From contig JBHGNT010000013.1 of NCBI GenBank assembly GCA_043228905.1, forward strand, positions 13,578,001 through 13,642,000: a DNA stretch of 64,000 nt. Reading direction: 5' to 3'. The position numbers and the translations under genes are program-made. Under the pieces are notes generated by a model. It had not been told where the DNA came from. It did no database searches and saw nothing but the letters and a program-made list of their open reading frames with translations. Source of the DNA: Azolla caroliniana. Lineage: Eukaryota > Plantae > Polypodiophyta. Below, in pieces: positions 10,806 to 24,226 of the stretch (the stretch's first letter is position 1; each line of letters opens with the position of its first letter).

Positions 10806-12410
10806 CTACACAATGTTGTAGGGCATAGGAGAATACTGCATCACTAGAAAATTGAAGGTGGTGGGAGAACCTAGGGAGAGGCCTTTGGGAACAAAGGTGA
10901 AAACTAGGGACGACTCCGATGTGAGGTTGAGGGCACGAATCCGTCCACCGACATGGAACCTGAAGTCACTCGAATTCCCAACTTCGGTAAATTGTGCTGC
11001 ACTGTGGAAGGTGCCCACGAATTCCTCGCATCTGGAGCTTGTGTTCGCGGTGGCAGACGGAAGGTTCAAAAAGACATCTAGAATGGCCGACATGCCCTCG
11101 GTCCATGTCAATCCGGCCATTATCAGATTCTCCTCCTCTGCCCCTTGTGCCACCGCCGCCATGTCTCGCTTCACCGTGGCGGAGCACGGGGCGACGATCC
11201 ACTCCCCCGCCTCGCACAACTTGTCCGAGGTTCTTAATTCCGCCACTCCGTCACTAAGCCTCACCGGCACTCCTTGGACCATCCATGGGACATCCACCTC
11301 CTCATACACATACCCTAAGTTCCTTGTGTCCAATGCATCCCTCACCCTCACCCTCACGAGCTCCGCGTCCTCGTTGTAGAACGCAAACTCGGCATCCAAA
11401 TACTCGGCCTCGTCGATGTCCTCGTTCCCTTCCATGTCCTTCCAGAGCACCCACATTCGGTCGAGCTCCGCGTGGTGCGCATAGAACGCCGGATCCCTAG
11501 CAGCCGCGTAAAGCGACCCCATGTCTTTCCTCCCGACCGCGGTCACCGAACCCGCCCACATATGCACCGAGTTGTGGGGGAACTCCTCCACTGTCCCATA
11601 GAGGATCCTGGGAACCTCTCCATGCTTGAACGGATAACCGAAGAATCTATATTTGCTCTCTGCATCCCTAACGAGGGACCTGTACACGTACGCCGCGTTC
11701 TCGTGGAGTTGTTCCTCCGTGGACCGTGTTTCGGAATTGTAGGTGTAGTCGATGGAGACCAGCGTGGGTGGCATGTGATCAGGATTCCTAAGGTCATCCA
11801 TGAGGACGGGGTATTGGATGTACATCCATGGCATAGTGGAGCCATTGGGATGGTCATAGTTCCAGAAGGGAAGTGAGAACGTGTCATCATCGAGGAGCTT
11901 GGCCAGGATCCTCTCGTGGAAGTAGAGGTACCACCTATGGAAGGGGAAGAAGAGCCAGTTTCCATGGACTTGGAAGAGGAGGTCGGTAGAGTTGTTTTGG
12001 TTATAGACTGTGTTGCAATAAGCACAATGGATGTTTGCTTGTTGGGCAAAGGAGCGAGGGTCTTCGGGGGGTAGGTCCTTCATGAGGGAGTAAGCTCTAG
12101 CAAGTGTGTCTCCATAGGTGGCATTGGGGAGGTGGGCTGGCCTTCTGACCTTGAGGGTAGGATAAAGGGTTGGGTTGGGTGTGAAGAGGGGTAAGGGTGT
12201 TGTTGTAGCTGGGGGAGGGGCACAACAATTCAAAATCTCGAGTTCTAATGCGGGGATGTCTGATGGGGCATTGCAACTAGTCATGTTTGGGGACAAGACT
12301 GTGCATTGTGCTCGTATTATGAGGTTAGAATTGTGAAGACCATAATTAGTGTTATACATAAGAATGATGATGAAGGTGGACAAGACGAAGAAGCACATGG
12401 GCTTCCTCAT
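10806..12410 (-). CDS. PPO: Polyphenol oxidase (type-3 copper catechol oxidase/tyrosinase), 534 aa, intronless, N-terminal hydrophobic signal/anchor
   Basis: CuA: HCAYC...HGNWLFFPFHRWYLYFHERIL. CuB: PHNSVH...DMGSLYAAARDPAFYAHH. LPFWNYDHP; DWL-like LDTRNLGYVYEEVDVPW; KFDV-like ILDVFLN...EFVGTF. The ATG at 12410 (MRKPMCFFVLSTFIIILMY) is conserved in the paralog at 34673. Confidence 0.95.
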   Translation of the reverse strand: MRKPMCFFVLSTFIIILMYNTNYGLHNSNLIIRAQCTVLSPNMTSCNAPSDIPALELEILNCCAPPPATTTPLPLFTPNPTLYPTLKVRRPAHLPNATYGDTLARAYSLMKDLPPEDPRSFAQQANIHCAYCNTVYNQNNSTDLLFQVHGNWLFFPFHRWYLYFHERILAKLLDDDTFSLPFWNYDHPNGSTMPWMYIQYPVLMDDLRNPDHMPPTLVSIDYTYNSETRSTEEQLHENAAYVYRSLVRDAESKYRFFGYPFKHGEVPRILYGTVEEFPHNSVHMWAGSVTAVGRKDMGSLYAAARDPAFYAHHAELDRMWVLWKDMEGNEDIDEAEYLDAEFAFYNEDAELVRVRVRDALDTRNLGYVYEEVDVPWMVQGVPVRLSDGVAELRTSDKLCEAGEWIVAPCSATVKRDMAAVAQGAEEENLIMAGLTWTEGMSAILDVFLNLPSATANTSSRCEEFVGTFHSAAQFTEVGNSSDFRFHVGGRIRALNLTSESSLVFTFVPKGLSLGSPTTFNFLVMQYSPMPYNIV

Positions 12411-12913
12411 TGTCGTAAAAATTGAAGCACATCCCTTCTTTGTTATGGGTTTGTGATTGTTATATACAGAATTGAGATCCTGCTTATTGAAGAGAGAGAG
12501 AGAGAAAGAGAGAGAGCATGCTTGTCCTTGTAAATATGACACACAATGCACATCAACGTTTCCATGTCCTTTCTTTGCCTTTATGAGTTTTGGAAGTGAG
12601 AAAGTCAAGAAATTGTTTAAGGTTGTGTTCTCTAATTTAAGATTAATCGACAAGTTTTGTTGAAACACGATTCATTTGGTCTTTCTTTACTGAAGTTAAT
12701 GGTTTTAATTGGGTGGAATTTTATGTCTTTGTCGTTTTCTTTCTCTTTTTTCCAAAAAATGTTGTCAGTTCTTTTTTTTTTTCCAAAAAGAAATGTTGTC
12801 AGTTCTTTTTTTTTTTCCAAAAAAATGTTGTCATTTCTCTTATTTACCTCTCCTTTTTCAATAAAGCAATAAAAGAATATTACTCTTAAATCCTAAAGTT
12901 TTTACTTCCCCAT

Positions 12914-15094
12914 CGGGGCTTGAATTTGACAGGTTAGTCTTTAAGTTTTTTGATGGACATTTTTTAAAGATGTATGTCATATGACATGAGAGTGCAAAAA
13001 CTAATATGTCATTTGACATACAAGGTTTAATAATGAAAAGCTCTATATGATGCTTCATTATTAAACATTTCATTACTATAGAAAATACACAAGATACACA
13101 AATAAACATAACTACCTCACAAAGATAATGAAATCATACAAATTGAATACTCAATCATCATATATTTCTTAAAGCACAAAAAATACAAATTTTTTTTTTG
13201 TCATACCGTGACTCCTCATATTAAGCATTGTGCAATATGTGTCTACTTCAATGAATTATGATACTATCCATCTCTCTTTCTCTTCAAACCAAAGGTTAAA
13301 TATATCCCTCCAACAAATGTTTGATGTCTTTTGAGCATTCAAGGATATAAACATCCGCACAATTCATAATGAGAATGATTCCATTGTACTAACTAACATA
13401 TACACAAACTTCGATATTTCAAATCCATGCGTAATTAAGCACTTGATGTTCGTTGTTGGTAATACATACAATGCCTTCTTCAATTTACATGCATAACCTA
13501 AGAATTTTGGATATTGCATATAAATTTCCCTACATGCATGCTCATGTACATATTGTTCCCAACTACTCGTGCATTAGTGTCATAAGCCTCTTCGCTAAGC
13601 TCATATGGCCAAATGAGCATACCATCTACAAGATATTTGTTCTCTATCAAAGTTTTGTTAACTCATACAATACAATATGTACTTGCATGATGTGTGATGT
13701 GTGACAATAAGATGTGCTTATTGTACTCGATGACTTATAGCATACAATGCAGTAAATACTAAAAATCTCCATGCTTTCTATGGCTTTCAATAAGTCCATA
13801 TTGGACAAACATAGGTAACTAATCACTCTAATTGCGTAGCCCTTCTCCTATTGTAGCTTTTTGTGGGAATAAAAGAAAATGCATTCCACTTTGTCAGACA
13901 CGCTTCTCACGAGCAATCTTCAAAGAAAAAAGATTCAATAAAAGAGAAAAACAGAGAAAATAGAGAGAAAGAGAAAAAAAGAGACAAAATACATACTTCA
14001 GAGTGGTGTAGTGGTAAACAATAGATGTCGTGCAATCACTGAGAAGCGACAGGGAGCAACGAGTAGTGAGCGAGCTGGGAACAATGGGTAACAACCAAGG
14101 AACAGGGAGTAGCGATGAAGGAAAGCAACGAGCAACGCGTGAAGAAGGAAGCAAGAAAAGAGAAAACAAGGGGGAAATAGAAAGAGGGGGAAATTTGGGA
14201 ATGAAACATTGGAAGAAAAATACAATATAAATAGGAAAGCGCTATTTGCACTGATTGAGGATAACCTCTACAACACCCACGATTACTATAATCATAACCT
14301 AATCGATCTGATCCATCCATATTAATTGCTAGTAGAACTGATTGCTAATTATCCATCGATCCACACATATTTCTCATGAGTATGGCCATGGAAGTAATTA
14401 TTGTCTTCTAAATAACTTTGGGGTGGATGATTTCCTTGACCTAAATGGAGCTTCTTCATTGAACATTCCCCATATCTAGAGCTATACCATGGAGGGGCGT
14501 AATATCTTCTGAAAATTTCCCATGGAAAATTGGATTTTTTTTTTTCGGGGGGGCGGGGTGACGAGAATGGGTTTGGGGGGCCAAAATGGCGGGATACCTA
14601 TGTTGAGGTGAGAACTATCATCGATATTTTTTATTTTTTTGGGGGGGCGGGGGGGATGTAGTGGTTTAGCCAAAACGAGGGGACAAATAGCGCATTCCTA
14701 TAAATATTTTCATATACTATAGAAATAGCCGGCTCATCCGGCTAGATTGCAATTGGTCGGAAATCCTGGCCGGAATCGATTCTGGCTATCCATAGTGGTT
14801 GTCGCTAACCGGCAAAAGTCTCGACTCCCAATTCAACCTTTGCCCAACACTATAATATATATATATACATACCTACAAATATATATATATATACACATAC
14901 CTACATATATATATATGACATGAAAATTAAATTTTTAGCATGTCATTTGACATGTATAATTTTTGGGTGCCTTTTGCATGAAAAATGAAAATTATAAGTT
15001 TATATGTCACTTGACGGACATTTTTATTGGGTGTATGTTTTTGACGGGCAAAATGGCCTTAGATGGGCATGACACCTGTCAAATTCCTGCCTTG
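12914..15094. mobile_element. Non-autonomous hAT-type DNA transposon ~0.5 kb upstream of the PPO start
   Basis: TIRs CGGGGCTTGAATTTGACAGGT / ACCTGTCAAATTCCTGCCTTG. 8-bp TSD TTCCCCAT / TTGCCCAT. The empty site CTTCCCCATTATGATCG is present in the duplicated block at ~35263. Confidence 0.8.
14234..14698. mobile_element. MITE (Mutator-like) nested in the hAT element
   Basis: TIR GGAAAGCGCTATTTG / CAAATAGCGCATTCC and 8-bp TSD TATAAATA on both sides. Confidence 0.75.
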
Positions 15095-15239
15095 TTGCCC
15101 ATTATGATTGTAAACTTATACAATAAACACACATATTGGTCTCTTTTATTGAAATTAATAGTTTTAATTGGGTGGAATTTAATGTTGTTGTTGTTTTCTT
15201 TTCTCTCTCTCCCCTTTCTTCTTTTTCCCTCTTCCTTTT

Positions 15240-15930
15240 TTTAAAGTTCCCCTCTCACTAGTTCTATACATCCCTTACTCTCCCTTTTTGTTTCCCATTT
15301 CTTCCTCTATTGTTTGTTACTTTTTCACCCCCTTAAATTTTTCTAAACACCCACTATTACCCCTTCACATTAAACCTTCTCCCCCTCATTATATTTCCCC
15401 TTATTATATAGCCTTCTCTTCTCTCCTTCCCCATTTCCAATCATACCCATTACCACACCTCCACTCCCCACTCCTTATTCTCATTTTTCTAAAGCCTCTC
15501 CTAAACTTCACTATATAAACACCATCAACCCCCAAAGGCCACTTAGTGCTAATGAGCCCTATAGGGGGCGAAACTAGTTTGCTCGTGGCCATTCGCATTT
15601 CCCCTATCTCATTGTAAACCGTATCTTAATGAAGATTAATCTCTCTCTCTTAGTTTTGTTTAATCTCTCTCTCTTTCTCAAGCTCATGGGTATGTTTTAA
15701 TCTTATTTAGTGTTTTATTGGTATGTAGAGTTTAATTTTTAGTATTTTGATCCCTTATCTCCCTCTCCCCTCCCTCTATCTCTTCTAATCGTCGCCTACA
15801 CCAAGCTTTGTTTACGATTCGGGTGCGCTCAAATCGATCTTGGTGGTCTCGTCTCCCTCTCAACTTATCTACAACCCACCGATGATTTCCCCGTTCCGCA
15901 CTCCTTGTACCGGCCGTAAGGTCAACATAA
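15240..15930 (+). mobile_element. Penelope-like hammerhead-bearing repeat fragment
   Basis: Reverse-complement homolog of the 1050-4075 family: pyrimidine-rich tract, TATATAAA at ~15512, hammerhead, CT tract, CACTCCTTGTACCGGCCGTAAGGTC motif. Confidence 0.65.
15537..15590 (+). ncRNA. Hammerhead ribozyme, probably inactive (G5A core change)
   Basis: GGCCAC-uu-AGUG CUAAUGA GCCC-uauagg-GGGC GAAAC UA GUU UGCU-c-GUGGCC. Confidence 0.7.
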
Positions 15931-17039
15931 ATAAATGTTGTCGGTTCTCTTATGCACCTCTCCTTTTTCAATAAAACAATAAAAGAATAGTACTCTTAAA
16001 TCCTAAAGTCTTCACTTCCCCATTATGATCGTAAACTTATACAATAAACACACATACGCACACACACATACATCCGGAACCACATATAGGTAAACGTGTA
16101 CACACATGTAACCGTATATTATACATAAATATTATATATATATATATATTCAATTTACAAACAAGTACATATATACATGTAATACACTTATTGAGACATA
16201 AACTAGAGTAAACATATAATATAGACACTTAATACATTATTTATACTCTCCCTTAGACAATAACACACAATTACATGTATACAATCATGTGAATACCTAT
16301 GAGCATATACAACCAAACACATTTAAACAAGCATATTCCAAAAACATGAGCACACATGTTCGAATCTTACGTGTCTATTGTAAATGCGTTAGATTTGAAC
16401 ATATTCCAGTGCATATGTTCTAGAACGAGGTCACTTTACTCATTGAAGGATTCTCTTGCACACCGAAAGGGTGCCTACAAGTGAACCTACGATGGTCAAG
16501 ATGGACAAGTTTAACCACATTCCATAACAAAATTCATCTTCGACATTGCCATCTTCCCGAGTTCAAGTTCCCAATATTGTCATTGAATTTTTCACACTCG
16601 CGTGTAATTTCACGATAATGATTCATATCAGGCAAGTGTTGTGAATCTCTAAGAGCCACCACCCATCATTGTTGTGATACTTGGTAAGCATTATTGCGAT
16701 GATTTGAGGCACCGCATCAAGGACTTGGTTAAGGTTGAATGGAGTTCGGTTGTGTAGGAAGTAGATTGTTATTTGAATGTCTTCTACCAAGGATGAGAAC
16801 TCATTGGATGCTTCACCTTCAAACTTAGTCCTCTTACACAATACATTGGACCATAGGAAATATTGGAGAAAGAGGTTGGAGATATTGGTGCAAAGATCCT
16901 AAACTCCGATGTAAGCTTACAAGCTAAAATGTGTCATCTATTCCTTCTTTTCTACCCCTTAGGTTGCTAAACACATGTCTACTTCAATGACGGTGGGCGA
17001 GAAACCTTTCCCCCATATTGCATATCTTATCTGAGGTAC

Positions 17040-17228
17040 TTAATCCTTAGTTGGTAGTCCTTCTACCATCCATGTGGCATCCAATTCCTCACACATATAA
17101 TACCTCAAGTTCATTGTATCCAAAGTGTCCCTCATATTCACTGTCATGAGCTCTACTTCCTCATTGTAGAATGCAAATTTTGCATCAAAATACTCATCGT
17201 CATGTTCCCATTGCCCTTTATATCCTTC
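17040..17228 (-). pseudogene. Old PPO fragment (post-CuB/DWL region)
   Basis: DDEYFDAKFAFYNEEVELMTVNMRDTLDTMNLRY aligns to PPO DEAEYLDAEFAFYNEDAELVRVRVRDALDTRNLGY. Confidence 0.75.
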
Positions 17229-17231
17229 TAA

Positions 17232-17545
17232 AGTGGCTGGAAACCGGCCCCGATCTGATGAGCCAAATCGGATGTATCGGAAAGGTAACCGGTGTGAAGC
17301 AGAAGTAGGGACATGTTAGCAAACATGTTCTAATGCACCCGTTGACGCCATATGTGTAAATAACCCTAAAGTTATATAAGTATAATTATAACTATGGCAA
17401 TATGAAGTTGGTGCAGTTACCACTAGAGAGAGAGAGAGAGAGAGAGACAAGAAGCTTGTATATGTTGTAACCGCCTGTTGGCAAAGAGTTTGAGTAGAAG
17501 GCCGTTACCTTTGTGTCTCCGTTGTATCCTACCTCTTTTCCATAG
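17232..17545 (+). mobile_element. Copia LTR fragment (family of the 6012 LTR)
   Basis: Shares GAAGTAGGGACATGTTAG...TAAATAACCCTAAAGTTATAT with 6090-6170. Confidence 0.7.
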
Positions 17546-17871
17546 TGTTGAGAAACAATCTTAACCTAGTCTAATGTGTGACCACACCCTTGAGAGTGTA
17601 TGAACACTCAAAGGTCAAAAGTCACACCACTACTCTTTACACACTAACTATGTCTCATAGAATCATATTCTATGAGTCCACATAACAGATGAGTTTCCAC
17701 ATTCCCCACGACTCATGAGCTTCGGTAGTTAATGAAGAGAAAGAGTGACTATATAAAGCACCCTCCTCCTACTTTGTAACATGTTGGTTAATCTCCTTTG
17801 TAATATACAATCTTCTTGAGTATTTTCTATTATCGATCTTGTGTCTCTCTCCTCTCTCTCTCTCTCTATCA

Positions 17872-17904
<33 letters not shown>

Positions 17905-18247
17905 CACATCTCTAACCTATTCCGTTGCACAAGGATCACCATCGATTCTTTACATGGTATCAGAGCAATTTGGTAGCTTGATCTAGCCCACTCGCCTCAT
18001 CGTGACTGTGTGTTGTGTCTACGCCGACGATTCAAAGAAATCCGACTCATCACTATCGTAGTACCTCTACATATCTCGTATTCAAGAGAGAAGAAGAAGG
18101 GACTGAAACAACTTCGCATCTTGGGAGTACAAGATGCACCAATAACTTGTTGGCCAAGGTTATTGGAGCTACATCAAAGGAGCACAAGAAAATCGACCCG
18201 ACCCAAAGGATGCTGACTACTCAACATGGGAGCAAGTGGCCAGTTGA
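17546..18247 (+). mobile_element. Copia 5' LTR (17546-17954), PBS-Met and deleted gag remnant
   Basis: TG...CA LTR, TGGTATCAGAGC at 17955-17966, and FASWEYKMHQ*LVGQGYWSYIKG gag motif. Confidence 0.75.
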
Positions 18248-19518
18248 CTAACGTATTGTTGTGGGACATAGGAGGATACTGCATCACTAGAAAATTGAAG
18301 GTGGTGGGAGAACCTAGGGAGAGGCCTTTGGGAACAAAGGTGAAGACTAGGGATGACTCCGATGTGAGGTTGAGGGCACGAATCCGTCCACCGACATGGA
18401 GCCTGAAGCCACTCGAATTCCTGCCTTCACTAAATTGTGGTGCATTGTGGAAGGTGCCCACGAATTCCTCGCATCCGGAGGTTGTGTTCGCGATGGCAGA
18501 CGGAAGGTTCAAAAAGACATTTAGAATGGTCGACATGCCATCGGTCCATGTCAATTCGGCCATTATTAGATTCTCCTCCTATACCCCTTGTGCCACCGCC
18601 GCCATATCTCGCTCCATCGTGGCGGACCACGGGGTGATAATCCACTCCCCCGCCTCGCACAACTTGTCTGAGCTTTTTAATTCCGCCACTCCGTAGCTAA
18701 GCCTCACCGGCACTCCGTCGCTAAGCCTCAACGGGACTCCTTGGACCATCCATGGGACATCCACCTCCTCATACACATACCCTAAGTTCCTTGTGTTCAA
18801 TGCATCCCTCTCCCTCACCCTCACGAGCTCCGCGTCCTAGTTGTAGATCGCAAACTCGGCATCCAAATACTCGGCCTTGTCGATGTCCTCGTTCCCTTCC
18901 ATGTCCTTCCAGAGCACCCACATCCGGTCGAGCTCCGCGTGGTGCACGTAGAACACCGGATCCCTAGCGGCCGCGTAAAGCGACCCCATGTCTTTCCCCT
19001 TGACCGTGGTCGCCAAACCCGATTACACATGCATCGAGTTGTGGGGGAACTCCTCCACTGTCCCATAGAGGGTCCTGGGAGCCTCTCCATGCTTGAATGG
19101 ATAACAGAAGAATCTATACTTGCTCTCTGCATCCCTAATGAGGGACCTGTACACGTACGTCGTGTTCTCGTGGAGTTGTTCCTCCGTGGACCGTGTTTTG
19201 GCATTGTAGGTGCAGTCCATGGTGACCACCATGGGTGGCATGTGATCAGGATTCCTATAGTTATCCATGAGGATGGGGTATTGGGTGTACATCCATGGCA
19301 TGGTGGAGCTATTGGGATGGTCATAGTTCCAGAAGGGGAGCGGGAAAGTGTCATCATCTAGGAGCTTGGCCAGGATCCTCTCGTGGCAGTAGAGGTACCA
19401 TCAATGGAAGGGGAAGAAGAGCCAGTTCCCGCGGACTTGGAAGAGGAGGTCGGTAGAGTTGTTTTGGTTATAGACTGTGTTGGAATAAGCACAATGGATG
19501 TTTGCTTGTTGGGCGAAG
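18248..19518 (-). pseudogene. PPO pseudogene, 3' part
   Basis: High similarity to 10806-12050, with in-frame stops, a 2-nt deletion near 18876, an altered CuB region and a 24-nt duplication (PxRLSxGV repeated). Confidence 0.93.
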
Positions 19519-19836
19519 TGTTGAGATATCAAGCTCAACTAGTTTAATCTAGTTAGTCAACACATGTAACTTAGTAGTTACCTAGATCGAATCTAGTTAA
19601 TGTGTTGACCTTAAGCCTTTAAATAGGACCTTGTACTTAAGTGGGATATTCTAGATCCTCCACTCCTTAGTACATTTAATGTAGGACTTACACATAAGTA
19701 CCTATGTTCTACCCACACATGTGCACCTTTGCACATGGGTTGTATATATACCTCATTGTGGGTATTTTTGTAAGTTGATGACACTTTTCAATATAGTCAA
19801 TCATCCCCCATTTATCTTCGTGTTCATAAGTGTAAC

Positions 19837-19886
<50 letters not shown>

Positions 19887-20559
19887 TCTCACACACTCTC
19901 ACACGCATATCATACTAATCTTCTGTTGCTTAACATAACCATATAATTAGTCTCTAATTAACCCTAGTTAATTACCTAATTACTTAACATGGTATCAGAG
20001 CGCGTGGTTTAGGAAATCCACTAAGCCCACCGCTTATTCGTGATTGTGTGCTCGAGATGCCGACGACAAATCCTGGCTATCCGCTATCCGCTACCATAGT
20101 GCCACTACGAAGGACGTGTATGCGACCAAGAGAAGAAAAACAAAACAAAAGACACAACAATCAACATGAACACACAAATGGGAAGCTCACTCCCTAGCGA
20201 AAAGCTAGACCGAAGCAACTACTCATCTTGGGAGTACAAGATGAATCAATACCTTGTCGGCCAAGGGTATTGGAGCTACATCAACGACGCACAAGAAAAG
20301 AAACCCAAAATCACACACGCCAACTACCCAACGTGAGAGCAAGGCGTGAGTCGGGTAATGTATTGCTTGGCAACATGTGTAAACGACCACATGCTTAGCC
20401 ACATTTGTGACGCCAAGACGCCCTAAGAGGCGTGGGAAAATCCCGGGGGCTTCACTGTCAAAACTTGTATGATAGCACGTGAGTTCATCAAAAGGGGTTT
20501 AAATTAGTTGTTGAGATATAGAATGTATATATATAAGGGTATTAATAAATATTTTGAAA

Positions 20560-21611
20560 ATATATTTACATAAGGGTATTATCAATTATGCTGGAAAAAA
20601 TAAATTATATAAGCCCATGAAATATTAGATATTTCAATGAGATAGTAAAGAATATATTATGCATGCATATATGTTACATTCAAACATTACATCCGTGAAT
20701 ATGTATATACATACATTGCACCCATTTATACATGTATTTTGACTAAACATAAATATATGTACAAATATATCTTACCATATGTAAATATGTACATACACAT
20801 ACGTATATACATTACATACTACATACATAAAAATGACATATTAGATATATACATACATATTCTTACAAACATATTTTATATATTACATATTACACACATA
20901 TATTGTTATACACACAATTTTTATACAAATGCATACATATATACATTCCAAACACAAAAAAATAAATTACATAATATATATATACACATACACATGCATA
21001 AATTAATTCCTAATATTACTTATAGTTATTATATGCATACAAATCTTCATACATACATACAAACAAGTTACATATATATATATATACATACATGCACACA
21101 CACGCACACGCACACGCACACACATAAATAAAATAGATATTGCGTATCATATATGATATAACCATAGTTATTACACAATATACAAATTTACATACACATA
21201 CATACATAAATTACATGTATAAATATATAGATACATGCATAGATATATTACAGATTTACATATATACATACATACACACACATTAGATATATCATATATG
21301 TATACTTACATATACATCGGATATATATACATGCATATTACGTACATATTACAAACATATATCCATATATGAGCCATATACATACTAAACATGAAAAATA
21401 TCCCAAAAATATACGTACAGATATACACATCCATACATTCATACACGTACATACATATCACCATACACACACACATACACATATATACATACATTAGATA
21501 TATAGATACATATTATACACATATTACAAACACATCCATACACATTGAATCATGAATATTGACATATACATATATGCATACACATATATACATTACATAT
21601 TCCACATATCA

Positions 21612-21659
<48 letters not shown>

Positions 21660-22589
21660 GTACATATGTCTGTAACGATGTTATAAGTTTTACAAACATA
21701 CATCTATACACATATATACATACATTCCATACATGCATACACATACTTATGTTACATTTGTATATTACATACACATATATATCATCACAAACTACAATAC
21801 GTACATATATACATACACATACATATATAAATACATTACATATGCATATATGCATACACATATGTACATTCGTACATGGACATACATGTGTTCATTTATA
21901 CATTGCTACATATACATACACATACATACATTATATGTAGAGATATTATGCAGATATTACAATCACACATTCATACACATTGAATCATGTACATTTAAAT
22001 ATGCATATATACATAGACATACATACATACATTACATATGCATATACATATGTACATTCGTACATGGACATACATATATTCATTTATACATTGCTACATG
22101 TACATAAACATACATACATTAGATATACATACAAATACATACATGCATGTAGACATTAGATATATATACATACATATTACAAACAAACATCCACACACAC
22201 ATGTATGCATATATGCATACACATACAAACATGCATACATTACGTATTACATACATACATATGTTCATTCACATGTGCACATGCATAAATATACCTAAAA
22301 CATCCTATTACATTCTATCATCCATTTACCTAAAACATCTTCAAGAATCTTATCCTTGATTGTTTCAATTGGGGATGTATCTTTACAATTGTCCTTGGTT
22401 TCACACATGTACGTATTGTGTTGTATATATGTGCATGTGGATGATCGAATGTAATATTCCTATACATATGCACATGTATAGAACATACGCACACAGATAG
22501 CACCTACATACACACACACATGTGATACATACATACATACATACATACATACATACATACATACATACATACATACATACATACATACA

Positions 22590-22620
<31 letters not shown>

Positions 22621-22969
22621 GCACATATAATACATACCCACATACATGTGCACATATATAGAACATACACACACATACCACATAGACACATTATACATAC
22701 TCACATGCCATACATACAATATATACAACACATGCAATTCAATACATACATACATACATATACATATGCCATACATACAATGAATATATACAATAATGCA
22801 TTTAATACAATATGGTACAATGCAATACAATATGTACATAGATGCATACACACATCCATACATACACACAACACATACATATATATGCATGCAATACAAT
22901 ACATATGCATATATATAGAACACATACACACGTGCTATACATACAATACATGCTTAAGCACATGTATAG

Positions 22970-23009
<40 letters not shown>

Positions 23010-23400
23010 ATATAACACATATATATACATAAATACACACATGCCATACATACAACCATGCAATACAAAACATACATATGCACATAATAGGACAAACACA
23101 CAAACACACAAGCACATAACATATAACCTACATACTCACATGCCATACAATATGTACATACATACACACATGCCATACATACAATATATACAATACAAGA
23201 TGTACTTATATACAACATACACACATGCCATACATACAATATATACAATACAATATGTACATATATACAACATACACACATGCCATACATACATATGCAA
23301 TTGTATAGGCCATACACACACACACACACACACAGGGAGAATATACATACATATCCACATGCATAAACACACACACACATGTATAGAACATACACAAGCT
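20560..23400. repeat. Degenerate (CATA)n/(TA)n/(CA)n low-complexity tract
   Basis: Perfect (CATA)n at ~22528-22617, (TA)n at ~21614-21658, (CA)n at ~22972-23007. Confidence 0.95.
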
Positions 23401-23618
23401 ATAAAGCTCTTTTCAAAATCCTAATTGTTTCAAAAAATGAGGGAAGAAAGGGGGGAGATTACATATGTATTGTGTTTTAGCAAAAAAAGAGTGGGGGGAA
23501 AAAGAAGAAACTGGGGGGGGGGGGGGGGGGAGGAGAGAGAGAGAGAGAAGCATGCAAAAGAAAGAGAGGAAGAAGAAGAAGAAGAGGGTAAGTCTACATA
23601 GAAGGATCAGAGGAAGTC

Positions 23619-23908
23619 ATGTCCAAAAGAGGTACAAAAGAGGCAAAGGATTAAGAAAGGGCAGTGCCAAGCGCCATCGTAAAGTCCTTAATAGTGATAA
23701 CATTCAAGGGATCACGAAGCATGCTGTCCGAAGGCTTGCACACAGAGGCGGGATGAAGAAACCTATGGAGTTGTGAAGATCTTCTTCGAGAATATGATCC
23801 ATGATATTGTGACCAACACTAAGCATGCTTGCAGAAAGACCATGATAACAATGGATGTGGTATATGATTTGAAACGATAAGGTCATACTCTCTGGATTTG
23901 GCAGCTAA
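23619..23908 (+). pseudogene. Histone H4 pseudogene
   Basis: [37 protein letters not shown] ... [38 protein letters not shown]. Frameshifts and an internal deletion. Confidence 0.9.
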
Positions 23909-24106
23909 TTTCATCATTTTCTTCAACTTTTTTTAAGGTGGCTACTAAACCCAGCCAACCTTTGATTTCACTTTAGAGCTACATGTGTATTGAATGAACT
24001 GTTCATTGTTACTGTTGTCAATTGTAATGTCTTCCTTAATGGATATTTATGTGTACATGTTCGATCAAAAGAAGAAGAAGAAGAAGGGGGGGGGGTGTCG
24101 GATGTG

Positions 24107-24141
<35 letters not shown>

Positions 24142-24226
24142 CTCCAAGAGGTGATTGACCTCTTCAAAATGGCCTCCCACTGGCAAACAAGGATGTGCAA
24201 GATGAGTTATAAGAAAGCGGGAGTTT

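Noticed and set aside
10852-12049. Overlapping and antisense ORFs within PPO
   Set aside because: By-products of GC-rich codon usage.
12411-12668. 86-aa N-terminal extension of PPO in the ORF track
   Set aside because: Starts at a non-ATG codon, crosses a CT microsatellite, and is not kept in frame in the paralog upstream of 34673.
16400-16900. Possible gene fragment (72-aa ORF, duplicated at 42575-42793)
   Set aside because: No recognisable motif; its conservation is explained by the segmental duplication.
20739-23424. His/Tyr/Thr/Ile- or Cys/Met/Val-rich ORFs up to 300 aa
   Set aside because: Translations of (CATA)n/(CA)n microsatellite.
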